Positions 10,801 through 18,611 of a DNA stretch of 64,000 nucleotides are shown piece after piece. The DNA lies in the IMG/VR virus record IMGVR_UViG_3300035135_002447. The stretch is one strand, 5' to 3'. This DNA is from an uncultured virus (IMG/VR IMGVR_UViG_3300035135_002447) (taxonomy: Duplodnaviria; Heunggongvirae; Uroviricota; Caudoviricetes). The notes below the pieces were generated by a model. It was not told the origin of the DNA. It saw only the letters and a program-made list of their open reading frames with translations, and did no database searches. A program made the translations under genes and the position numbers. Every line of letters starts with the position of its first letter. Position 1 is the stretch's first letter.

Positions 10801-13800
10801 ATCAAAAAATTCTGTTGCAATACTAGAGCTAATAGTAATATTGTTAAACACAGTGTTACCAAGAACTGTAAACGAATTAGGAACATTAACACTTTCATCT
10901 ATAATTACTTTGCCTGTTCCGTTTGCTCGTAATTCTAAGTCTGCATTTGAACTTGTAGTAGTGATAAAGTTATCATCGATTAAAATTTCATCAAGTTGTA
11001 GCTGTGATTTAGCATCAAGTGCTCCTGCTGTTATACCAAATGTTGTTGTAAAACCTGAATCAATATTAACATTGTTACCTGTGTAATCAACTGCTGTAAT
11101 ATTATTTGACAAATGAGCAGAATCAAATATAACATCTCCTGTACCCGAAGCTCGCAGTTCTAAATTCTCATTTCCTTTGGTTGTGATAAGATTATCTTGT
11201 ATTGTAATTTTTGTTAGATCAATACCACCTTGGAAATCCACACTGTCTGCACTCAAATTAATGCCTACAGTAACATCTTGAGAATTAACATTACCTGCTG
11301 TAAGAGAAGTATCAATTGTTGTATTTTGAAGTGTAGTTGTTCCTGAAACTACTAAACCTGCAGAAAATTCAACATCATTCAACGGAACAATTACATCACC
11401 TGTTCCTGCAGGTACAAATTCTAAATCACTGTCTGAATCTGTAGTACTAATTCTATTTCCAGAGAAAAGAATATTATCCCCTGCTAATTTAGAGGTAGAA
11501 AGATCTTCATTTAAGATTAGATTGTTTATAGTTGTTAGTCCATAAACATTAAAATTTGGAATTGTAGAATCTTTTTTGATTACAACATCGCCGTCTGCTT
11601 TTAGTATTAAATTACCTGCTGGCTCAGATATTTTGTATCCAACATTAATATCTGTTGCAAATCTTACTTGAACGGAATCTCCTAGAGAAGTTACATAACT
11701 TGTTGGAATATTTGTATAAACAATATCATATTGATATTGATACCATCTCAAGCCGTTATCTTTAGTTTTACTAGTAGTGCGTAATATAGCATACTCATTT
11801 ATCGCACTAGGTCTAAAATATATGTAATCACCAATTTGTACAGAACTTTGATCTACAACATGAGTACCAATTTCAATTGTAGTATCATTTACTTGGTCCC
11901 ATTCATAGTTTGAACCACTAAACCTCCAGTTTATACGACTGGTACCAAAACTATTGTTAATACCAACGTCTCTATAGGTGTTTATATATACTGTGCTTTC
12001 ATCTAATGTTATAGGTGGCGGTCTAAAAAGTAAATTTCCTATATCAACTTGATCACCATTTGATGTAAAATCACCTGAATTCTGTGTTGTAATATTTCCT
12101 TGTATTGCGTAATCATAAGGTTGTATTGTTCCATCACCGTTCCAGTTATTAGTGACATCAAATGTTCCAACATTAGTCATGAACTGATTTAGAGTTGTTG
12201 TAGTGCCTGTTATAGAAAGATCTTGAGTAACTTCAAAATTATCTGTTATCTCTATATCACCGTTGTAGTTCCTAATCTCTAAATCTCTATTACTGTCTGT
12301 TGTTGTTATTACATTACCTATTGCAGATGCACTATCTGTAATCATTCCGCCTTGTGCGTCAATTATATTTGCGTTTATGTTGTCTACGGATAATTGTCCT
12401 GTAACAATTAGTTGTGTATCAACTTCAAAATCATTTAAAATCCTAACTATGCCAGTGCCGTTTGCACGTAGTTCAAGATCAGAATTTGAAATTGTGGTTG
12501 TAATTACATTTGTGTCTATTTGAATATTTTCACTTTGTAGATCATTTAGTTGTAGACTCTGTCCTGTGTAATCACCATTTACTGTAAGAGTATTTGTTGC
12601 AATACTAGTCGATGTAAAGTTTCCTAAAGCAGTTAGGTCAGCTATAGTTGTTGTTCCGTTGACATTCAAATTTTGATTTATTGATAAATCGTTTGAAGGT
12701 AACAATACATTGCCTGCTCCGTTTGCTCTTAATTCTAAGTCTGCATTTGAAGTAGTTGTTGTAATAACATTATCGTAAATGTTTATTTCGCTATTTGTAA
12801 ATTCTGAAAGATATGCTTTATTCCATTGTTTAGTAGGAGAACCTAAATTATATGTACTATCAATATTAGGCTCAACGTTTTGGTCTAATCCCATTGTAAA
12901 TGAAACAGTGTCTGTGCCTTGGTCACCAATAAATAATTGACCACCAATTGTTGTGTCACCTTGTACATTTAGATTCTGCTGTAGTTGTACTTGAGGTGCT
13001 GTTGTAAAATTTATATTTCCAGATGGAGATAAGTCCATATCTCCGCTTACAATGATTATTTGATCATCAACAAATCTATAATTTCCTAATTCTATTTCTC
13101 CTCCAGTAATTGTTGTGGTTCCGCCTGGAGAACTTATTGTAAGATTTGTTAGTGTATTAAAATTAAGTGTGCTTATGTCGACCGCAGTTGTGCCGTCTTC
13201 AAGATTTACAAAAAACTGATCTCCTACTCTAAAGGTTCCTATTTCATCAGTTGAAGTATAATATATTAGTCCATTGTTAAGTTCAACAGTTTCATTTGCT
13301 TTTATAACATCTGATCTATCATTGCTTACAAGTTTGCCTGTTCCTATATATGCAAAATTATGATTGATCAAATACATAAGTGTGCCGGCACCGTCTGCTA
13401 CTGCACCTTGATTACCATAGATATTAGCAGATCCTATTGATCGTAATTCTGCTCCATATATAGTTGTGCTACCATCTGTACTTGTTCTTCCTGTTGTACC
13501 TCTAAGAGCATATAAACCTTTTGTTGCAAAATATGTAAATGAACTTAGCCATTCTACTCTTACACCGTTTGTCATTGTTACAGCATCTACACCTGGCGTA
13601 ATGAAAGTTGCGGCATGGAAAAGCATACTAGCATCAAAACTATTTGAATTTAATTCTGCTCCATCTATCCACGCACCTTTACCTGCATCTCCTTGATCAT
13701 AACCTCTTGGATCGCTTGCACTTGTAACACTACCTTTTGTAATTACTGTAATATTTTGTATGTACGGTGAACGTGCATTTATAATTCCGTTTGGAGCAAA

Positions 13801-15099
13801 ACGGAAAGCATAACCTTTATTGTTTACACTATCATAATAAAAATTTTGTACGGTTAAATTAGCAATAGTACTATCGCCATTAAGATGGAATACATCGTTA
13901 TCTACCGTAGCAACCACAGGTTCTATTATTGTGTTTCTTAGATCTGCACCCATAATTGTAACATTATTAGGTACAACAATAGGTGTGATTTCTTGATATG
14001 TGCCGGGAGATACTAATATAATATTAGGTCCTGCTGAACTTGCATCTACCCTTGAAATTGCTTCTTGTATAGTAGCCAAAGGTGTAAATGGTCTATCGCC
14101 GGGGCTAGTATCATCACCTGTTTCTGTAACATAAAAAATATTTCCGTTAGCAGTTGCAAAATTTATTCCGCCAGCAGTAACACCATTTGCTGCTACAATT
14201 TGACCATTCACTAAATTAGTGTATAAGGTTTGCCATCTTTTTGTTTGTAAACCTAGATTGTATGCTTGATCAGTGTCTGGTACTATATCTGAATTTACAT
14301 CTGCTTCAAAAACTACGCTGTCAGTATCACTGTCACCAAATTGAATAGTACCGTCAGCTGTAATGTTTCCGTCAGCGTGAAGATTACCTTCAACTCTTAG
14401 ATCGCTTAATTGCACAGTAGGAGTTATAGGAACTTCAAACCCGACTCTTTCTATAGACCAATACTCATCTGGATGATCTTGGTCTGGATGTTGTCCAAGA
14501 CTTGTTTGTTGCGTTCCAACTCTATAGGTATATCCGTCAGTGCCAGTGAATGTTTGATTACTGCTTACGGATCCATTGCCAATACTTTGTCCGCTATTAT
14601 AGACGTTAACACCGTCACGATATATATGAATCCTATATCTATTTTGTCCAAATAGTGCATCAAAATTTTCTATCCATAAGTACGTGCTAGTACTATAAAC
14701 AAATCCTTCTAATGCGAACGGTCTAGCTGTTAAGTCAAGATTGCTACTACTTTGTGTAGTTGTAATTTTATTATCTTTAATTAATATATCTTGTGTTTGT
14801 ACATCAGCAGAAATAATATTTGTAACACTGCCGCCGCCAAACTTTAATGGTCCAAATACAGATTTTATTTCATTATTTGATAATTCTAAATTAGCGTCTA
14901 CTAATAACCTATCAGTGTTTGCATTAAGACTTGCTGTAGTACCGTTAATAGATATATTATTGTCAGGTTGTGTGGTACCTTTTATTGAAATAGTATCGTT
15001 TGTAACGTCAAGGTACAATAGATCTGTTTCAAAAGCAAGATCTATACCGTTTCTTAAAAGATTATCTTTTAGTAGCTGACCTGATATTCTACCTGTCAT
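7867..15099 (-). CDS. Large fibre-like virion structural protein, 2410 aa, paralogue of 1805..7732 with an inserted FG-GAP-type beta-propeller
   Basis: Shares the N-terminus GRISGxLLKxNLLRNGxDLAFET and the same repeat motif; about 7 FG-x-x-V-x-ISGNYAIVGA...SGKAYIF repeats. Confidence 0.8.
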   Translation of the reverse strand: MTGRISGQLLKDNLLRNGIDLAFETDLLYLDVTNDTISIKGTTQPDNNISINGTTASLNANTDRLLVDANLELSNNEIKSVFGPLKFGGGSVTNIISADVQTQDILIKDNKITTTQSSSNLDLTARPFALEGFVYSTSTYLWIENFDALFGQNRYRIHIYRDGVNVYNSGQSIGNGSVSSNQTFTGTDGYTYRVGTQQTSLGQHPDQDHPDEYWSIERVGFEVPITPTVQLSDLRVEGNLHADGNITADGTIQFGDSDTDSVVFEADVNSDIVPDTDQAYNLGLQTKRWQTLYTNLVNGQIVAANGVTAGGINFATANGNIFYVTETGDDTSPGDRPFTPLATIQEAISRVDASSAGPNIILVSPGTYQEITPIVVPNNVTIMGADLRNTIIEPVVATVDNDVFHLNGDSTIANLTVQNFYYDSVNNKGYAFRFAPNGIINARSPYIQNITVITKGSVTSASDPRGYDQGDAGKGAWIDGAELNSNSFDASMLFHAATFITPGVDAVTMTNGVRVEWLSSFTYFATKGLYALRGTTGRTSTDGSTTIYGAELRSIGSANIYGNQGAVADGAGTLMYLINHNFAYIGTGKLVSNDRSDVIKANETVELNNGLIYYTSTDEIGTFRVGDQFFVNLEDGTTAVDISTLNFNTLTNLTISSPGGTTTITGGEIELGNYRFVDDQIIIVSGDMDLSPSGNINFTTAPQVQLQQNLNVQGDTTIGGQLFIGDQGTDTVSFTMGLDQNVEPNIDSTYNLGSPTKQWNKAYLSEFTNSEINIYDNVITTTTSNADLELRANGAGNVLLPSNDLSINQNLNVNGTTTIADLTALGNFTSTSIATNTLTVNGDYTGQSLQLNDLQSENIQIDTNVITTTISNSDLELRANGTGIVRILNDFEVDTQLIVTGQLSVDNINANIIDAQGGMITDSASAIGNVITTTDSNRDLEIRNYNGDIEITDNFEVTQDLSITGTTTTLNQFMTNVGTFDVTNNWNGDGTIQPYDYAIQGNITTQNSGDFTSNGDQVDIGNLLFRPPPITLDESTVYINTYRDVGINNSFGTSRINWRFSGSNYEWDQVNDTTIEIGTHVVDQSSVQIGDYIYFRPSAINEYAILRTTSKTKDNGLRWYQYQYDIVYTNIPTSYVTSLGDSVQVRFATDINVGYKISEPAGNLILKADGDVVIKKDSTIPNFNVYGLTTINNLILNEDLSTSKLAGDNILFSGNRISTTDSDSDLEFVPAGTGDVIVPLNDVEFSAGLVVSGTTTLQNTTIDTSLTAGNVNSQDVTVGINLSADSVDFQGGIDLTKITIQDNLITTKGNENLELRASGTGDVIFDSAHLSNNITAVDYTGNNVNIDSGFTTTFGITAGALDAKSQLQLDEILIDDNFITTTSSNADLELRANGTGKVIIDESVNVPNSFTVLGNTVFNNITISSSIATEFFDSPDIDFQDNRITTTLSNSDLELRATSGNEVKVASSNVQIDNNLNVVGDTTLSGNFQLTNSITGWNLPGFSRSLDIDGNYAIVGADGVNTNSGQALIYNVTNGALYRTLTNPNAYSTSDGDRFGWDVGISGNYAIVGARQEDEPGASSSGKAYIFDITTGSLLHVLDNPNAYDTAVSDLFGDHVAISGNYAIVTAAWEDDAGGEFSGKAYIFNVTTGNLLHTLDNPNPFGTSEFDNFGNSVAIDGNYAIVGTSGEDDASGSFSGKAYIYNVTTGSLVYTLNNPSAYSTGFGDGFAYDVDISGNYAVVGAVNEDDAGGTSSGKAYIFKTTDGTWTDTTLAHTLDNPNAYWTSFSDNFGSAVAISGNYAIVSAWEERNPTASQLDSGVAYIFDVTTGNLLYTLDNPNTFGSEQFDRFGYNVGISGNNVIVGSYNESTVYFYSGALFNFNGDVTQNGNTSRTGNLDITGNISTTSELVVGKEAQFEDILVDENFITTTSSNADLELRANGTGSIIFNEAEVPGNVTVNGFTTLNVDVVTPLENSRFETQNIAVHGNLIEATTVNGSIVLATNGSSDVIVPNNNVEMTQNLNVTGSTTLSNAVNIDGTLTAQDINQTGNRNLTGNLTATGNLTAQSKVQFEEILVEDNFITTTSSNADLELRASGSGDVVFSESVEVTNNVTATNVTVNNITLSGTADINNMFVPIDIEIFDNVITTLTSNSNLELRTDNNPAGHIQASNMTFKDGTISGLADPNLFTPIDLVLDTDNLIVDSTGALQIPNAPAVASSSEGDLIFDSTTNLFNGYSATGKIPLTGLVDKDEDTSVLVDNNNQIEFVTQGNINSKISPTSLVATVLQTNDIVLQNSTISSDTDFSLQANGTGSVIIGDISLDGTNINTTSDIEMLNTGTGYVKFADSNALRIPIGGTQDRPTVPQIGHTRYNTTLSKLEVYDGAAWVSAEGQTGNVTEADMEALLDLYTLVFA
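9480..10580 (-). repeat. About 7 tandem FG-GAP-like propeller repeats (~60 aa each) within the CDS
   Basis: Repeated DxFGxxVxISGNYAIVxAxxEDxxxxxxSGKAYIFxVTTGxLLxTLDNPN; nucleotide-level similarity (agcatagttaccacttat). Confidence 0.85.
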
Positions 15100-15118
15100 A
15101 TTATTCTCCTGACAGTAG

Positions 15119-15124
15119 TATTTA
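15119..15124 (-). promoter_or_regulatory. Late promoter box (TAAATA)
   Basis: gaTAAATAct upstream of the AGGAG SD of the 2410-aa gene. Confidence 0.7.
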
Positions 15125-15129
15125 TCGGC

Positions 15130-15828
15130 TTACTTATCGAAGTTATGTAACACAGTAATTGGAATAGTTTGACCTTGGCCGCCTGCTGCGGGAGGTGCAG
15201 ATGTAAAATCTAAATAAAATCCTGTTATTCTTACCTGTCCTGTACCTACACCTGTATTAGAAGCATTTGCTGTAAAAACTGTTCCTGTATTTGAATCAGC
15301 GGCACCTAGTAGTGTAAAATCTGTATTACCAGGATCTGTAATAATGTATTCAATATCTTGTGTAAGTGCAGTAGCATCTACTTCAGCACCTGTACCTGTT
15401 GCTGTAGGATTTTGTACAGTTGAGTAGTTAGTTGTGGATATTTGGAAAACGTTTTCTAAAAAAACTAAAATATTTTGTGCATTTAATGGATTAGGAAATA
15501 CCGTGTCTTGATTATCTAAAGGACCGTATATTGTAGATGATCCATCAGCGTTACCTAAACTTTGTTGTATAATACCTGGATTTGTACCAGGAGCTGTAGT
15601 TCGTATGGAAGCTATTGTGCCGCCATTTGATACAATTTCAAATTCACTTTTATCTGTATTAAATCTAAGATCTCCGTCTTCAGGAGTTGTAGTATATTGT
15701 GCAGTTGTGCCTTTTGGCACTCTCATCACATTAGCACTATCAACAGTAACCTTATCGTTAGTGTCGTACTTAATACCTTTACCGTAAATATTACGTAAGT
15801 TGGTATTTTGTGCTTTAATTAATCTCAT
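15130..15828 (-). CDS. Virion structural protein
   Basis: 232 aa; VPKGTTAQ...GDLRFNTD motif is shared with the C-termini of the fibre proteins. Confidence 0.7.
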   Translation of the reverse strand: MRLIKAQNTNLRNIYGKGIKYDTNDKVTVDSANVMRVPKGTTAQYTTTPEDGDLRFNTDKSEFEIVSNGGTIASIRTTAPGTNPGIIQQSLGNADGSSTIYGPLDNQDTVFPNPLNAQNILVFLENVFQISTTNYSTVQNPTATGTGAEVDATALTQDIEYIITDPGNTDFTLLGAADSNTGTVFTANASNTGVGTGQVRITGFYLDFTSAPPAAGGQGQTIPITVLHNFDK

Positions 15829-15829
15829 T

Positions 15830-16186
15830 TTAAACTTCCAAGAAACTTATATTAGCTGCTAAATCTGTAGCGTTTGCGGCATATATACCTGGTTGTGCTA
15901 CAAAGGTGATCTTATCACCTTCAGAAAGAATAACTTTTTCACTGTCAAATGTAAAAGTTTCACCTGCAGGTAAATTTAATTCTCTGATAACAGCGGTAAT
16001 TTGATTATCTCTTGCCTGACCATCTTTAATAAAATGCATGTCAAAACTTGCATCATGTGTTTCCGGATTAGGATCATTAGGGCTGTAAGTATTACAAACC
16101 ATTATACTTGTTATAGCATAAGTTTTTCCTGCCGGCACTGTTAATAATTCAGTTAAGTTTGATAGTTGTCCGTTTTCAATTGCCAT
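15830..16186 (-). CDS. Small virion structural protein
   Basis: 118 aa; similar to 1471..1800; lies in the structural operon. Confidence 0.7.
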   Translation of the reverse strand: MAIENGQLSNLTELLTVPAGKTYAITSIMVCNTYSPNDPNPETHDASFDMHFIKDGQARDNQITAVIRELNLPAGETFTFDSEKVILSEGDKITFVAQPGIYAANATDLAANISFLEV

Positions 16187-16195
16187 AGTTATTCC

Positions 16196-17491
16196 TTAAA
16201 AAAGCATTCCATAAAGTAGTGCTCTATTCTTACTTATTAATTCTCCGTTTGTTGAATCTTCGTTTACGAAGTATACACCTGTTCCGCCGGGCCCTTGTTG
16301 TTTACTGTATATTTTTATTCCATCTACCGGTGCTAATGGTCCAATAGGATCTACAGTAACATCGTCGTCTCCGGGTGTTTTTGTTATTTCTAATATATCT
16401 TTAATAACAACAGAACCTGAACCAGCTGCATTTAATTTTATGTCACTATCGCTGACTAAATTAATAATTTCATTGTCTACAATTTGTAGTCCTGCAAGTT
16501 CTACTCTGTTATCAAAAATGCTCATTGCTCTTGTATTAGAAACATCAACAGTAATAACAGGTTCGTCGTCTATTGTTCTGCCAGACAATGATATGTATGA
16601 TGCATCGTTAGCACCTGTTGTATTTGCATTAATTTGCAAACTTGTTGAGTTAGGAACGTCAGTAACTTGATATGTTCCATTCAACCCGTCTATTAGAGCA
16701 TCAACGGGCGAAGAAGTAACACCTGTAATAGTAATAGAATCACCTACTTCAAATCCATGATTTCTTGAAAATCCTAATGTTGTACTAGATCCTACTGCAA
16801 TAATATTTAAAATTATATTGTTTTTATCTGATGCTACAATTCTAGTATCGTCTGTACCTAAAGCTGCAATTTCGATAGTTGTACTTCTAAAATCTACGAA
16901 GTCTCTTACTGCTTTAGCATTAGGTATAATATTATCTTCTAAAAAGACACTGTTTGTAACTGGGTCTGGAGTAATCAATCCGTTTTCATATCTCCAAACA
17001 TTTTCTTCGTATGCAGAAGTATCAACAACTTTTAATGAACTACCACCTAAAGCAAAAACTAAATCATTTCCGCCTGACAGCATTTTATCAGTATAAATTG
17101 GAAGTATTGATGCGGCTCCTATATTTCCTTGTTCGCCGAGCCACGCTCCGTTACCTGTAACTCCGTTAAAGTCCCAAGTTAAACTGTCATCGTATACCCA
17201 TCGAACATTACCTATAGAACCTCTATCAATTTCAATACCTGAACTGTAAGGTCTATCAAGCGAAGCTGGAAGTATTCCGTCATTACCTTCACTTAACAAT
17301 ATGATATTGTCTTGTACTTCTAAGCGAGTTGAATCAACCGTTATAGTTGCGCCTTTTACTTCAAGGTCGCCTAAAACAACAACAGTACCTGTACCATCAG
17401 AACTAGCGTTTGTAGTATCTAATGTAATAATACCATTTGCCGCTGTTATAATTTTGTAATCAGTATCAGTTGTTCTTACTATTTTAGCCAT
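16196..17491 (-). CDS. Virion structural protein (fibre/baseplate-associated)
   Basis: 431 aa; VLGDLEVKG...DNIILL...GIEIDRG and HGFEVGDSITITGV motifs typical of T4-like structural proteins. Confidence 0.7.
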   Translation of the reverse strand: MAKIVRTTDTDYKIITAANGIITLDTTNASSDGTGTVVVLGDLEVKGATITVDSTRLEVQDNIILLSEGNDGILPASLDRPYSSGIEIDRGSIGNVRWVYDDSLTWDFNGVTGNGAWLGEQGNIGAASILPIYTDKMLSGGNDLVFALGGSSLKVVDTSAYEENVWRYENGLITPDPVTNSVFLEDNIIPNAKAVRDFVDFRSTTIEIAALGTDDTRIVASDKNNIILNIIAVGSSTTLGFSRNHGFEVGDSITITGVTSSPVDALIDGLNGTYQVTDVPNSTSLQINANTTGANDASYISLSGRTIDDEPVITVDVSNTRAMSIFDNRVELAGLQIVDNEIINLVSDSDIKLNAAGSGSVVIKDILEITKTPGDDDVTVDPIGPLAPVDGIKIYSKQQGPGGTGVYFVNEDSTNGELISKNRALLYGMLF

Positions 17492-17503
17492 TCTGCATTC
17501 CTA

Positions 17504-17534
17504 AAAATATGTGGGAGAAATTAATCTCCCACAT
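17504..17534 (-). terminator. Intrinsic terminator
   Basis: ATGTGGGAGA-N6-TCTCCCACAT stem followed by ATTTTT on the minus strand. Confidence 0.75.
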
Positions 17535-17542
17535 TATCTATT

Positions 17543-17938
17543 TTAGCCGTCGCCTTCGATATCGTCAGCGCCTGTTAATGATGTGTCAGTACCTGCTTCT
17601 TCAATTTCAGCTACATCGCCTGTACCTGTAAAGTCCCAAGTTACTGTTGAACCATTATCCATAGTTGCTTTGCGTCCTGCAATCTTTGTAAGTTGACGTG
17701 CTACTCCGCCGTCATCTACTGTGATAGTCATTTCACCCGCCGCAATAGCCGCTGATGCTTTATCAACTAATGTACATACTTCTTCGTTTGATCCGTCTGA
17801 ACATAAAAATCTTTTTGCAGATTTTTGTTTTACAATCCAACCAGGTGCACTTGCTGTTCCGTTGTGAAATTGTACTTTGATTTCATTTCCACCAGCTGTT
17901 GGTGGTCCAAAAAATCTTTTATTAAGTGGTCTTCCCAT
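17543..17938 (-). CDS. Small virion protein, possibly head decoration; true start MGRPLNKRFFG (131 aa)
   Basis: AGGAG SD precedes the ATG at 17938; the gene has its own late promoter and terminator. The 31-aa extension in the ORF track is the structured leader. Confidence 0.75.
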   Translation of the reverse strand: MGRPLNKRFFGPPTAGGNEIKVQFHNGTASAPGWIVKQKSAKRFLCSDGSNEEVCTLVDKASAAIAAGEMTITVDDGGVARQLTKIAGRKATMDNGSTVTWDFTGTGDVAEIEEAGTDTSLTGADDIEGDG

Positions 17939-17950
17939 TTGTTTTCTCCT

Positions 17951-18029
17951 TGTTAGAAGTCCGATGCGGGTTCTAGCCGCTACGCTGTGGGTACAGCATA
18001 AGTCCGCCTTGCGGCACACTATCTGACAC
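17951..18029 (-). promoter_or_regulatory. Four-way-junction structured 5' leader RNA
   Basis: Closing helix GTCAGAT/ATCGGAC enclosing three hairpins: CCGC-AAG-GCGG, TATGCTGT-ACCC-ACAGCGTA, GCGG-N7-CCGC. Confidence 0.65.
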
Positions 18030-18032
18030 AAG

Positions 18033-18038
18033 TATTTA
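18033..18038 (-). promoter_or_regulatory. Late promoter box (TAAATA)
   Basis: gaTAAATAct directly upstream of the structured leader. Confidence 0.7.
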
Positions 18039-18049
18039 TCAAATAAGAG

Positions 18050-18080
18050 AAAAGCCCGACACAGTTAAGTATCGGGCTTT
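18050..18080 (-). terminator. Intrinsic terminator closing the riboswitch/pqqA/ncRNA cassette
   Basis: AAAGCCCGA...TCGGGCTTTT stem with a T-tract on the minus strand. Confidence 0.8.
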
Positions 18081-18258
18081 AAATTAAAGTGGGTAAAGGA
18101 GACCATCCTTCAATGTGCCGCTGTCAACACTAGGTTTCTAGTCTGGACACATACCTGCCTGCACCTGCTAAGGCGAACCGCTAAGTTCCTTCGACATTGC
18201 CTTAATCCCGTATTGCGAGGATTTATTCAGCCAACCCTTATAACAACGTCTTGTTATA
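18081..18258 (-). ncRNA. Candidate small ncRNA (~180-200 nt) of unknown family
   Basis: No credible ORF; GC-richer than its flanks; bounded by a sigma70-type promoter and a terminator; several hairpins (ATAACAA/TTGTTAT, AATCCtCG/CGGGATT, AAGGA/TCCTT, CAATGT/ACATTG). Confidence 0.55.
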
Positions 18259-18263
18259 TTATT

Positions 18264-18291
18264 AATATAACATCTTACAAATAAATGTCAA
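18264..18291 (-). promoter_or_regulatory. Host sigma70-type promoter
   Basis: TTGACA-16 nt-TATATT with an extended -10 TG and an A-rich UP tract. Confidence 0.65.
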
Positions 18292-18317
18292 CCATTTTTT
18301 TGTATTTTTTTAAGAAT

Positions 18318-18389
18318 TTACTTATTCATTACGTACATAGTAACTTCAAAGCCAAATCTCATTTCTGTAAAAGTTGGTTTAGTCCACAT
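18318..18389 (-). CDS. pqqA: Pyrroloquinoline quinone precursor peptide PqqA (23 aa)
   Basis: Hand translation MWTKPTFTEMRFGFEVTMYVMNK has the W-x-K-P leader and the invariant E-x3-Y core; SD GAAAGGAG upstream. Confidence 0.93.
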   Translation of the reverse strand: MWTKPTFTEMRFGFEVTMYVMNK

Positions 18390-18409
18390 AATGTTCTCCT
18401 TTCACTTAA

Positions 18410-18415
18410 TATTTA
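18410..18415 (-). promoter_or_regulatory. Possible late promoter box (TAAATA) for pqqA
   Basis: ttTAAATAtt ~10 nt upstream of the pqqA SD; the AT-rich context lowers certainty. Confidence 0.5.
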
Positions 18416-18450
18416 AACACAGTACTAAGCAAAAGTCATACGTAAAATCA

Positions 18451-18537
18451 TTAAAATCTAGCAATTATTAGATTAATTTTGTTTATTCGGTGCTGTCTGA
18501 AAAGTCTTTTGTAGCACCAAAGTGTGAAGTTATCCAT
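18451..18537 (-). CDS. 28-aa basic peptide downstream of the glutamine riboswitch
   Basis: MDNFTLWCYKRLFRQHRINKINLIIARF*, with a TAGGAG SD 7 nt before the ATG. Confidence 0.65.
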   Translation of the reverse strand: MDNFTLWCYKRLFRQHRINKINLIIARF

Positions 18538-18560
18538 TACACTTCTCCTATTAAGGTTAA

Positions 18561-18607
18561 GTGCGTTCCTTCGCCTTATGCTACTTCCGTCCCGTAGGAT
18601 GAACGTA
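18561..18607 (-). ncRNA. Glutamine riboswitch (glnA motif / glutamine-I)
   Basis: ACGTTCA-TCC-TACG-GGA-CGGAAGTA-GCATAAGGC-GAAGGAACGCAC matches the recalled consensus CGUUCA..GACGGAAGUAG..CGAAGGAACGC: P1 CGTTC/GAACG, P2 with a cUACGg loop, E-loop GUA/GAA. Confidence 0.88.
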
Positions 18608-18611
18608 TAAT

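Noticed and set aside
2316..15079. Many plus-strand ORFs antisense to the fibre genes
   Set aside because: These are shadow frames produced by codon bias of the real minus-strand genes; they have no SD or recognisable motifs.
17939..18031. N-terminal extension MCQIVCRK... and a possible tRNA
   Set aside because: The SD supports ATG 17938, and the cloverleaf lacks the TTCRA T-loop, canonical arm lengths and CCA.
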